Origin: a virus
Lineage: Duplodnaviria; Caudoviricetes
Virus record (IMG/VR): IMGVR_UViG_2848005981_000005
Location: 994-64,993 of that record
Direction: 5' to 3' (one strand)
DNA length: 64,000 bases
Position numbers and translations under genes: made by a program
Notes under the pieces: model-generated
What the model saw: only the letters and a program-made list of their open reading frames with translations
What the model was told of the DNA's origin: nothing
Database searches by the model: none
Part shown: positions 29,312 to 37,303 of the stretch, piece by piece
Layout of the letters: each line of letters begins with the position of its first letter
Position numbering within the stretch: position 1 is the stretch's first letter

Positions 29312-29725
29312 ATGGAAAATATCATAGTTGAAAAGGTATGGTTAACTGATACGGAGGTATGGATACGTACCACTGACGGGAAGGAGGCATGTGAGAAGTT
29401 TTCAGATTTCCAAAGGCTGAAATGGGCTACTCCTGCGCAGCGCGCAAATTTCACAACGAGCCATGACGGAATACATTGGAGAGAGCTTGATGAAGATTTG
29501 AGTTTTGAGGGATTCTTTCGGGAAAGGAAATCCAATCCTCTTTATGATTTATTTATAGCTCATCCTGAATTGAATGCTGCTGCCATAGCACGACGTTTAG
29601 GTATTTCTCAGAGTTTGTTTGCTCAATATGTAAGTGGAACAAAGAAGCCGTCTAAGAAACGTTTTGAAGATATTATAGAAACAATACGTTCAGTAGGGCG
29701 TGAATTAATGGCTGTACCGGCATAA
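29312..29725 (+). CDS. DUF2442 + HTH putative antitoxin
   Basis: RLKWATPAQR, GIHWRELDEDLS and a C-terminal HTH. Confidence 0.85.
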   Translation: MENIIVEKVWLTDTEVWIRTTDGKEACEKFSDFQRLKWATPAQRANFTTSHDGIHWRELDEDLSFEGFFRERKSNPLYDLFIAHPELNAAAIARRLGISQSLFAQYVSGTKKPSKKRFEDIIETIRSVGRELMAVPA

Positions 29726-29742
29726 GTTACAATACTTTATTT

Positions 29743-29776
29743 AGGCGTGATTCCATTCGGTTTCACGCCTTTTTTA
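29743..29776 (+). terminator. Intrinsic terminator
   Basis: AGGCGTGA...TCACGCCT plus T run. Confidence 0.75.
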
Positions 29777-29785
29777 TATCATTTT

Positions 29786-29857
29786 ACAACAACCGCTTCA
29801 TTGTTGTGTATCACCTATCTGATAATTTTTCACCTTCTTTATAAATAACGAAATTTA
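29786..29857 (+). promoter_or_regulatory. Late-type promoter (palindrome plus degenerate -7)
   Basis: ACAACAA-N8-TTGTTGT, with GAAATTTA at 29850. Confidence 0.65.
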
Positions 29858-29889
29858 CCGTAGAAATTTATAAATCAAATTCATACGGT

Positions 29890-30525
29890 ATGACAATCTT
29901 AGAACAAATCTTGGCAGGGCTACAACAGAAATTCGCTGGGGTGGACACTGCTATCTTAACCCGAATCGCTACTAAAAAGGCAGAGGGTGTAACGGACGAG
30001 ACAAAGGTAAACTCCATTGTTGAGGGTATTAGTTTTTCGGACGTGCTTAATTCCTATGGTGATTTCCGTGCCGGGGATGCTTCCAAGACCGCAGTTTCCA
30101 ACTACGAAAAGAAGCATAACCTTAAAGACGGTAAGCCAATCGAGACTACCACAACCACCAAAACGGAAGAGAATAAAGACGATGTGCCTGCATGGGCGCA
30201 AGCTTTAATTGACTCCAACAAGAACCTTTCTGATAAGCTAACACAGTTAGAAACGGAAAAGGCTCAAGCAACACGTAGCCAGCAGATTTTGGCAAAGGCA
30301 AAGGAGTATGGTATTCCCGAAAACTACGCCAAACGATGCGCCATTAAGGACGATGAGGACTTGGACGCATACTTCAAGGACTTGAAGCAGGAGTTTGCGA
30401 ATGACGGCTTTAAGGGTGTAGTTCCTCCAGATACAGCAAAAAAAGAACTGGAGAATGAGACTCAGGCGTTTGCGAAAATGATTGCAGACGACACTAAAGA
30501 AATTGTAGAACAACAAAAACAGTGA
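29890..30525 (+). CDS. Capsid scaffolding protein
   Basis: Charged coiled-coil with VPAWAQAL, before the head genes. Confidence 0.75.
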   Translation: MTILEQILAGLQQKFAGVDTAILTRIATKKAEGVTDETKVNSIVEGISFSDVLNSYGDFRAGDASKTAVSNYEKKHNLKDGKPIETTTTTKTEENKDDVPAWAQALIDSNKNLSDKLTQLETEKAQATRSQQILAKAKEYGIPENYAKRCAIKDDEDLDAYFKDLKQEFANDGFKGVVPPDTAKKELENETQAFAKMIADDTKEIVEQQKQ

Positions 30526-30529
30526 TTTT

Positions 30530-31381
30530 ATGGCAGCAGGATTTAAGTATAATCTTGAACCGGAAGTTGAGCAGGAAGAACGCTACGACGTAGAAACCGG
30601 ACGCAGACGCAGAGGTCCGTACAAGTTGGACACAACCAATCTCGTTGTCGGCTCGTACTTGCCCTCATTCACACCGATTGCAGCTGACTTGGTGAAGAAA
30701 ACATCCCAAGTGGCTATCCGTGTGGAAGTATATGAGAAGTTTACGACAGGCTCCAATACCACATTGAAAATCAAGAAACGTTCTTTGGCTTACAAAGGTA
30801 TGCACTTGGGTAACGGTGCGCATGGAGCGACAATCAACGCTATTGACAAGGCTGACAAAGCTTTTGATAAGCTGACGTTAGCGGCAGACTTTGGAGAAAA
30901 TCTAGAAGCTGGAACAGTTCTTTACGAAGCGACAGCCGCAGACGGTACAACGCCCAAAGTTATCGCAAATTCAGCTCTGTATGAAAGGAAGCAGGTAGAG
31001 GATGGCATAGTATTGGTTTCCCTTTTGATGCGTGCGTTTGAAATCGAACCGACCAAGCTGGTAATGCCTTTCGCAGATATTGACAAGGCGAATATGCCGC
31101 ACTTCCAGTTTAATGCTCAGGATGTCAAACAAGAAAAAGATACTGTATCAATTCCTAAGGCTTCTTCTAGTCAGGACGGTTTGATGAGTAAGGAAGATAA
31201 AGCCAAATTGGATGGGGTTGCAGCACAAGCTAACAAGTATACTTTAACAGCAGCTACGCCTTCTGCTCTTGGAGGTGTAAAGCAGGCAGCCAAAGTGAAT
31301 GATGCATCTGGTACGGTGTCGGTAGAAAACTTTAACGGATTATTGACAGCGTTGAAAAACGCAGGTATAATGGCAAAATAA
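30530..31381 (+). CDS. Head decoration / head fiber protein
   Basis: C-terminal GLMSKEDKAKLDG, LGGVKQAA, FNGLLTALKNAGIM. Confidence 0.75.
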   Translation: MAAGFKYNLEPEVEQEERYDVETGRRRRGPYKLDTTNLVVGSYLPSFTPIAADLVKKTSQVAIRVEVYEKFTTGSNTTLKIKKRSLAYKGMHLGNGAHGATINAIDKADKAFDKLTLAADFGENLEAGTVLYEATAADGTTPKVIANSALYERKQVEDGIVLVSLLMRAFEIEPTKLVMPFADIDKANMPHFQFNAQDVKQEKDTVSIPKASSSQDGLMSKEDKAKLDGVAAQANKYTLTAATPSALGGVKQAAKVNDASGTVSVENFNGLLTALKNAGIMAK

Positions 31382-31399
31382 AGAAAGGAGGACTAATAT

Positions 31400-32482
31400 A
31401 TGATGCTAACTATTCATACATTGTTTAATGACCCGAACATTGTAAATGCAGTGATTCAGCGTGTCCTCAAGACAAGAAAGGACACAATTTATTGGCAGCA
31501 GTATTTGGGCTTCCGTAGGACTACTACTCGTGTATTTAAAGACTACATCGGTCAGGTTACTGGTGTGATGGCTGGTTCCATCAACTCCCGTTATGGCGAA
31601 AAGCCTATCCGTGAACGTAGAAATATCGGTTCGGGATATGGTGAGATTGCTTATTTGGGCGATAGATACCAAATCTCCATTGACCGCTTGTCGGATTTGC
31701 AGGATTTGATAGACAAGTATAATGCCGCCAAACCGGAAGACCAGAAAGCAGCCATGCGTGACATCGTGGACTTCATCTATGACGATTACCGTCAGGTATT
31801 GCTGGCACCGCACAAGCGTATGGACATTATCGTAGGCTCTCTGTTGATGACTGGAGCAGCAAGCGTGAAGAACAAGGACGACAATGCCGGAGGAATTGAC
31901 TTATTGAACATCGACTTGCCGTTCAAGTTTATCAAGCCGGACACAGAGGATAAAGACTATTTCGTCACTTACTTGCAGCAGAAACTGAATGAGCTGAAAT
32001 CTATTTACGGCACATTCCCCAAGATGATTATGAGCCGTGGCACATTCATCAAGAACATCATCGGTTCAAGCGAGTTCGGTGATAAGTTCAAGATGCAGCT
32101 TACAGGCAATGAAATGTATATGTCTACCGGGCTTATCACCTCGCAACTGGCTTCTACCATTTTTACAGGTATCGGACTTCCGGCTATTGAAATCAAGGAA
32201 GATTATGTGGTAGACCAAACAGGTAAGAATATCCCCATTTATGCAGATGGTCGTATTTCCCTGCTTCCGCAGGATAAAATCGGTTATATGCGCTTCCACA
32301 CTCCTTATGAAGCTGTGGATGGTGTACCGGGACGTAATTACACTCAGGCAGATGGCGATATGCTGATTTCAGGTTACAAGGACGGCAATGGTCGCTATCT
32401 GGAATACACAGCCGAATGGATTCCGCAGATTGCGAACCCGAACCTGATTGTGAACTTCGATTTGAGTGAGATGAACGCATGA
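31400..32482 (+). CDS. Major capsid protein
   Basis: 360 aa, positioned after the scaffold and decoration genes. Confidence 0.82.
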   Translation: MMLTIHTLFNDPNIVNAVIQRVLKTRKDTIYWQQYLGFRRTTTRVFKDYIGQVTGVMAGSINSRYGEKPIRERRNIGSGYGEIAYLGDRYQISIDRLSDLQDLIDKYNAAKPEDQKAAMRDIVDFIYDDYRQVLLAPHKRMDIIVGSLLMTGAASVKNKDDNAGGIDLLNIDLPFKFIKPDTEDKDYFVTYLQQKLNELKSIYGTFPKMIMSRGTFIKNIIGSSEFGDKFKMQLTGNEMYMSTGLITSQLASTIFTGIGLPAIEIKEDYVVDQTGKNIPIYADGRISLLPQDKIGYMRFHTPYEAVDGVPGRNYTQADGDMLISGYKDGNGRYLEYTAEWIPQIANPNLIVNFDLSEMNA

Positions 32483-32793
32483 CAGTAAACGATTATATAT
32501 TACAGAAGTTTCAGACCTTCGGCGTTAACTTGTCGGAGGCTGACCTTTTCGATATATGTCTGAACGCAAAGATAAGCGGAGGGGGTGAGATGAACGAGGA
32601 TTGCCAAACACGGGTGTCGGTGGCAATTGCGAAGTTCATCCCCTCTCTATTGCTTCGTGCCACTTCCATCAGCGAAAGCGGTTTTTCTATGTCTTGGAAC
32701 ATTCAAGGCATTAAGGATTACTATTCATTTCTGTGTAAACAGTACGGTTTGAAAGACGAACTGGGTAACAAACCTAAAGTGACTTTCTTATGA
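32479..32793 (+). CDS. Head-tail adaptor
   Basis: Position; SISESGFSMSW motif. Confidence 0.7.
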   Translation: MTVNDYILQKFQTFGVNLSEADLFDICLNAKISGGGEMNEDCQTRVSVAIAKFIPSLLLRATSISESGFSMSWNIQGIKDYYSFLCKQYGLKDELGNKPKVTFL

Positions 32794-33113
32794 TATTCGC
32801 CCCACACATATTGCAGGTAAAAGTTATCACCCCGATGGACAAGGATGAGTTTGGCAGACCTATTCCCGGAACAGGTGGTGAATACTGGCAGAAGGTATGC
32901 AAGTGCCGTTGTGATGATAACACTACCAAAGAGTTTTCATCTGATAACGGCTCTGTGTATCGTCCGAATTATCATGTAGTATGTGAGAAAAGAATTACTG
33001 TCAAGGCTGGTGATGAAGTACGTTGCATGGATGGTGATGGCGTAAGAGGTCAAGGCGAAGTCTACACGGTAAAGAGTACAAACTACTTTAACTACTCGGA
33101 ATTATGGATGTAG
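32790..33113 (+). CDS. Head closure protein
   Basis: Position; DEFGRP motif; beta-rich. Confidence 0.65.
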   Translation: MIFAPHILQVKVITPMDKDEFGRPIPGTGGEYWQKVCKCRCDDNTTKEFSSDNGSVYRPNYHVVCEKRITVKAGDEVRCMDGDGVRGQGEVYTVKSTNYFNYSELWM

Positions 33114-33403
33114 ATTTCGATTTCTCAGATGTCGACTCCTTTTTCGATGAAGGAGAATGGGAGGTCGAAAAGAAGATGATTGATGTAGGCGATGAAGCCG
33201 TGAAGTACGCGGAGGAACATGGCGATTATCAAGACCACACACTCACTTTGAGAACGTCCAATGATTACGATGTCGATAAAGATGGTTTGACACTGAAAAA
33301 CGAAGCGGAATACGCATCATTCGTAGAATCTAAGGGATTTGATGTTTTAAGTAGTGCCGCTTTATATGCGGAGAAACGATTAAAAGAAGAATTTGAAAAA
33401 TGA
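33104..33403 (+). CDS. HK97 gp10-like tail completion protein
   Basis: YQDHTLTLRTS, YASFVE. Confidence 0.65.
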   Translation: MDVDFDFSDVDSFFDEGEWEVEKKMIDVGDEAVKYAEEHGDYQDHTLTLRTSNDYDVDKDGLTLKNEAEYASFVESKGFDVLSSAALYAEKRLKEEFEK

Positions 33404-33990
33404 AATACAGAAAGAAACCAGTAGTAATTGAAGCCATTCGGTTGACAACAGACAACTTCGATGTTGTATGTGATTTTATGGGCGGAACTCCCGTACCGAA
33501 ACACAATCCCGATTTCGGTATAGACGAGAATGGCAACACCAATGAGCCTTATCTTGGTGTGTACATCGAAACGCTTGAAGGCAAAATGCTTGCAAACTAT
33601 GGAGATTATATCATCAAAGGAGTAAACGGGGAGTTTTATCCTTGCAAGCCGGACATTTTTGAGAAAACATACGATAAAGCCGATGATTCATCCGTAATGG
33701 GCTTCGGTGATGCAATCGAAGTGTTAAAACAAGGTGGGGCTGTTCGTAGAAGTGGTTGGAACGGTAAAGGTTTGATGGTATTCAAACAAGTGCCAGCTCA
33801 TATCGAAAGCGACATCATCCCTAAGATGCAATCTCTTTCCCAATCAGCAAAAGACCTTATTCTGAGAAGTAAAGGATTCATTGACTATACAAGCCAGTGC
33901 CTTATCTACAATGAGAATAACGGACGTGCTGATTCATGGGTTCCGTCTATCAGTGATGTATTTGCCGAAGATTGGGAGATTGTGGAATGA
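33400..33990 (+). CDS. Two-domain protein with C-terminal Tad2/DUF2829-like domain
   Basis: C-terminal FGDAIEVLKQG..VRRSGWNGKG...WVPSISDVFAEDW. N-terminal KKPVVIEA...TLEG..GDYIIKGVNGEFYPCKPDIF. Confidence 0.82.
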   Translation: MKYRKKPVVIEAIRLTTDNFDVVCDFMGGTPVPKHNPDFGIDENGNTNEPYLGVYIETLEGKMLANYGDYIIKGVNGEFYPCKPDIFEKTYDKADDSSVMGFGDAIEVLKQGGAVRRSGWNGKGLMVFKQVPAHIESDIIPKMQSLSQSAKDLILRSKGFIDYTSQCLIYNENNGRADSWVPSISDVFAEDWEIVE

Positions 33991-34382
33991 TTGTAACTAC
34001 CGACATAGGAAACATTCTCTACCGGGATTGCAAGGCTTTCGGAATAGCCATAGTGCCGGACGGGGAAACGCTGACGGGTGAATTGACCTCTGAAAGAATC
34101 GTTATCCATACGAAGAAACAACAGCCGGGAAAGTATTGGAAGAAATCTTTTGCAGAAGTGAATCTATGTGTACCCAATTTAAGCGAGAATGAAGCGAACA
34201 CAATCCGGCTTAACGAACTTGAAAGAAAGGCTGACAAGCTGCTTGATGATGTAGTAAGCACCTATGACGGTACAACCTATCGTTACTCTATCGAATCAAT
34301 TGGCGCGGAAGCGGATACAGCTTTGAAATGCCATTACGTGAATGTGAGAATTTTATTTGAAGTAATAAATGTAAAACTATAA
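33987..34382 (+). CDS. Tail terminator-like protein
   Basis: Position directly before the major tail gene. Confidence 0.6.
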   Translation: MIVTTDIGNILYRDCKAFGIAIVPDGETLTGELTSERIVIHTKKQQPGKYWKKSFAEVNLCVPNLSENEANTIRLNELERKADKLLDDVVSTYDGTTYRYSIESIGAEADTALKCHYVNVRILFEVINVKL

Positions 34383-34386
34383 GATT

Positions 34387-34941
34387 ATGATTTCAGCAGT
34401 AGGAATAAAAAGAATCTTGTTTGCCGATATTGATAAGGTAACGGCAGACATTACCCCCGAAATCGCAAAGACTTTGATTCAAGCCGCTATCAAAGCGAAA
34501 GATGAGGTTTTGAATGTACACGGGGAAACGTGGCAGATTGAGGAAACGGAAGCCTCCGTCACTGGGCACAAGAACCAATTAACGGGAAAGAATTACCGTT
34601 ACGATGATGCGCCGGGAGAAGTATCGCCCGCTTTCTCTATCGGACAATATGACTGGAAGACCAAGAAAGCGTTCATGGGTGGCGATGTTATTCAGGCAAC
34701 ATCTAAAGATGTAGGTTGGAAGCGTGCTTTGGATAAAGTTATTATCAACAAAGCATTGTTCTGTCTGACCGATGATGATGTCTGGTTCATCTTCCCAAAA
34801 TGCCGTATTGTTTCCCGTGAAGCCAATACGGATAAGGCAATTGCAATCGCTGTAAAAGGCTTGGTGCAGGAACCGGGAATCGAAGGTGTTTCTTCTGAGT
34901 ATAACTATGAAGAAGGGCAGATTAAAGCTTTGCAGGCATGA
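34387..34941 (+). CDS. Major tail protein
   Basis: Position and size, before the chaperones and tape measure. Confidence 0.78.
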   Translation: MISAVGIKRILFADIDKVTADITPEIAKTLIQAAIKAKDEVLNVHGETWQIEETEASVTGHKNQLTGKNYRYDDAPGEVSPAFSIGQYDWKTKKAFMGGDVIQATSKDVGWKRALDKVIINKALFCLTDDDVWFIFPKCRIVSREANTDKAIAIAVKGLVQEPGIEGVSSEYNYEEGQIKALQA

Positions 34942-35154
34942 ACTACAGTAACCATTGTACCTACTCCTTCCGATGCGACCGTAAAGCTGGACGGTGCAAC
35001 GGTCAAGTCAAAGCAGGTGAATGCTGGGGCTACCGTTCACTATGAAGTGTCGAAAGTGGGGTACGTCACTCAGTCAGGAGATATTAAAACCACTCCTTCT
35101 GAAGTTGATACCACTCTTAAAAAAGAGATAACATTGGTAAAAGCACAAGAGTGA
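34942..35154 (+). CDS. In-frame 70-aa PEGA/Ig-like extension of the major tail protein (UGA readthrough)
   Basis: TTVTIVPTPSDATVKLDG...YEVSKVGYVTQSG, in frame directly after TGA 34939-41; ends TGA TAA. Confidence 0.7.
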   Translation, partial: TTVTIVPTPSDATVKLDGATVKSKQVNAGATVHYEVSKVGYVTQSGDIKTTPSEVDTTLKKEITLVKAQE

Positions 35155-35200
35155 TAACCGGGGGATGGATATATACCATTCCCCCTTTTAGTTTAAGAAT

Positions 35201-35587
35201 ATGAATCAAGCAGCAAAAACGGTTTCTGATGCTTTGTTAGGGCTGGATTTCATGAATGTGGAGATAGGAGGGATGGTTTATACCATTAAACCTCCTACAA
35301 TTAAAATTATCTGTCGTGCCATTCATCATTTTTCCGATATCGCCCTGAGAGGAGATAATATCATGGAGGCTATTAAAGAGCTTCCTGAAGCTACTGAAGA
35401 TATGCTGAAAGGTATTTCATGCTTCATCTGCGGGAATGATAGTTTGGTCAAAGAATTGGAGAACGGCACTTTTGAAGAAGTCAAAGATGCCTTGGAAGTC
35501 TGTTTCTCTATGATGGATATTTCGGCTTTTCAGTGTGTCAGCTCGATGAGGAACGTGTCGATGCTGGCAGCAAGACCGAAACAGTAG
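35201..35587 (+). CDS. Tail assembly chaperone (G-like)
   Basis: Position after the major tail gene. Confidence 0.7.
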   Translation: MNQAAKTVSDALLGLDFMNVEIGGMVYTIKPPTIKIICRAIHHFSDIALRGDNIMEAIKELPEATEDMLKGISCFICGNDSLVKELENGTFEEVKDALEVCFSMMDISAFQCVSSMRNVSMLAARPKQ

Positions 35588-35778
35588 GAAACGCAACGTT
35601 CTTCGGGCAGATAGCCCATTTGATTGATACGCTTCATCTGGGTTATACAGAAGTGTTTGAGATTATCCCTTATAGGAATCTGTTGATGATGCAACGGGAT
35701 AAACTTCATAGTGTCAGTGGTCAAAAGGTGAATAGAATCAGTGGTAAGGAATTGGCTAATCGTAGGAAAAAGAAATAG
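35533..35778 (+). CDS. Tail assembly chaperone T-like part (-1 frame)
   Basis: Overlaps the G gene in the -1 frame; LHLGYTEVFEIIPYRNLL. Confidence 0.6.
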   Translation: MCQLDEERVDAGSKTETVGNATFFGQIAHLIDTLHLGYTEVFEIIPYRNLLMMQRDKLHSVSGQKVNRISGKELANRRKKK

Positions 35779-35822
35779 ATATGGCGAAATTATATTGTTT
35801 AACTTTTAAAATTTAAAGCTGA

Positions 35823-36026
35823 GTCAGGAAAAGGACTAAATCAGGTTGGGATATTGCCCGACAAGCTGCAAGAATTGCAGAGAGACGTTATGGGAGTAAT
35901 GCAAGTAATCCTAATAATCTTGTGAATCGGATTACAGGGCGGTACTTGGGAAATTTCAACAAGAATGGAACGAGTTGGAATAAGCAGGTTTCTCGTAAGA
36001 CTTATATGGGAAATGCTAATGGGTAA
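35823..36026 (+). CDS. Cryptic Arg-rich peptide P4, 67 aa, inferred GTC start
   Basis: VRKRTKSGWDIARQ...KQVSRKTYMGNANG*. Context AAAGCTGA-GTC, with an in-frame TGA immediately before. Confidence 0.8.
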   Translation, partial: VRKRTKSGWDIARQAARIAERRYGSNASNPNNLVNRITGRYLGNFNKNGTSWNKQVSRKTYMGNANG

Positions 36027-36035
36027 AGTAAAGTT

Positions 36036-36057
36036 AAAGCCGGAGGAATCCGGCTTT
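36036..36057. terminator. Terminator after P4
   Basis: AAAGCCGGA-GGAA-TCCGGCTTT. Confidence 0.7.
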
Positions 36058-36061
36058 ACTA

Positions 36062-36265
36062 TTATATGAAAATTTCCAATATGGTGACTGGGGAAAGTTT
36101 ATTTTGTAGAATGTAGCTTTCCGCATCTTCTTTTGAATCAAAGAATTTAATTTTTTCTGCCTCGTGGTATATATCTGAAATATTTGTTAAGCAGTATGTT
36201 CCATAAGAGTTTAAAGATAGCACAGAAGAATTTAAAACTCCTTTTATAATATATTTCTTTTCCAT
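36062..36265 (-). CDS. Small hypothetical protein
   Basis: AT-rich ORF downstream of the XRE regulator on the same strand. Confidence 0.55.
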   Translation of the reverse strand: MEKKYIIKGVLNSSVLSLNSYGTYCLTNISDIYHEAEKIKFFDSKEDAESYILQNKLSPVTILEIFI

Positions 36266-36269
36266 ATTT

Positions 36270-36479
36270 TTATTTTTTTAGTTCTAAAATGTCAATAGTG
36301 AATCTATTATAATCGGGCAGATTATCATCTAAATTATTAGGACGGCATTCAGCATATCCCGTAGGAACTGAATGTTTTAAATCTGCATCATACACTTTTT
36401 CTATCTGAGTAATATAATACTCCTTCCCATTTTGTGTATTTATTACTACATCAGATTCTTTGATTTTTTTTTCGCTCAT
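36270..36479 (-). CDS. Small hypothetical protein
   Basis: AT-rich ORF with GGAGG upstream. Confidence 0.6.
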   Translation of the reverse strand: MSEKKIKESDVVINTQNGKEYYITQIEKVYDADLKHSVPTGYAECRPNNLDDNLPDYNRFTIDILELKK

Positions 36480-36510
36480 AGTATTACCTCCTTATTTTAT
36501 TAAGTTAAGT

Positions 36511-36789
36511 TTATAATTTTTCCGCTAACTTCTTAATATCCTCCTTACTATTGATAACGTGAGTGCTATCTCCAATTCGGACAGCTCCTATAACTTCATC
36601 GGAAGATTTTTCAAATAGGTCTGTTACTTCAACTCCGAGAGCGTCCGCTATTTTGGATAGGGTTTCAATGGTAGGATTGCCTTTTGATAATGTATTAGCT
36701 AATGTCGAACGGGCTACCCCCATTTTATCAGCTAATTCCTGTAAGGTGATGCCTTGCATTTTGCAGTGTTCGGTAATTCTTAGATTCAT
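36511..36789 (-). CDS. XRE-family HTH regulator
   Basis: GITLQELADKMGVARSTL...GNPTIETLSKIADALGV. Confidence 0.9.
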   Translation of the reverse strand: MNLRITEHCKMQGITLQELADKMGVARSTLANTLSKGNPTIETLSKIADALGVEVTDLFEKSSDEVIGAVRIGDSTHVINSKEDIKKLAEKL

Positions 36790-36971
36790 AATCGTGTATT
36801 TTAATTTTATACAAAGGTACGTTTCTTTGTTTTTTTGTACTATTATAATAGTATTAAATAAGGTTAATATACTAATTAAATAGTTCTTTCTGTTTTGTGT
36901 TATACTATTTAAGTAGTATGTTTGCATCATCAAAGTACAACGAAATAGTATAAATGCTAAAACATACAATT

Positions 36972-37271
36972 ATGAAACGCTACAATTTAAGCAAGATAAT
37001 GAAAGAAGCCCATCAGATAAAGAAGTACATGAAACTGTATTCTCTTACTCACGGTGTGAAGACTTGGGCAGACTGTTTGAAACTTGCTTGGGCTAACGAG
37101 AAAGAACGTATCTCTAAAGAAGAGATAAGAGAGGTAGAGAAGCAAGCTATGAAATCCGCTTTGGCACAACCAACAGAGCGTAGCTCTTATGATGATTTGT
37201 CAATACCTCAATCAGTATATTACAATCCGTATAGTTACGGGCATTTCGGTGCTCACTATGTGGGTGATTAA
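36972..37271 (+). CDS. Hypothetical protein (N-terminus resembles 2400-2726)
   Basis: IMKEAH...DCLKLAWAN versus VMSLAW...EALKCAWAN. Confidence 0.7.
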   Translation: MKRYNLSKIMKEAHQIKKYMKLYSLTHGVKTWADCLKLAWANEKERISKEEIREVEKQAMKSALAQPTERSSYDDLSIPQSVYYNPYSYGHFGAHYVGD

Positions 37272-37303
37272 AGTAGAACTTATAGTACTAACACATAAAT
37301 ATA

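Noticed and set aside
25244-35839. CTG within AAAGCTGAGT as the start codon
   Set aside because: That frame stops after 2 codons (P3) or 6 codons (P4), and P1 and P2 have CAG/CCG there.
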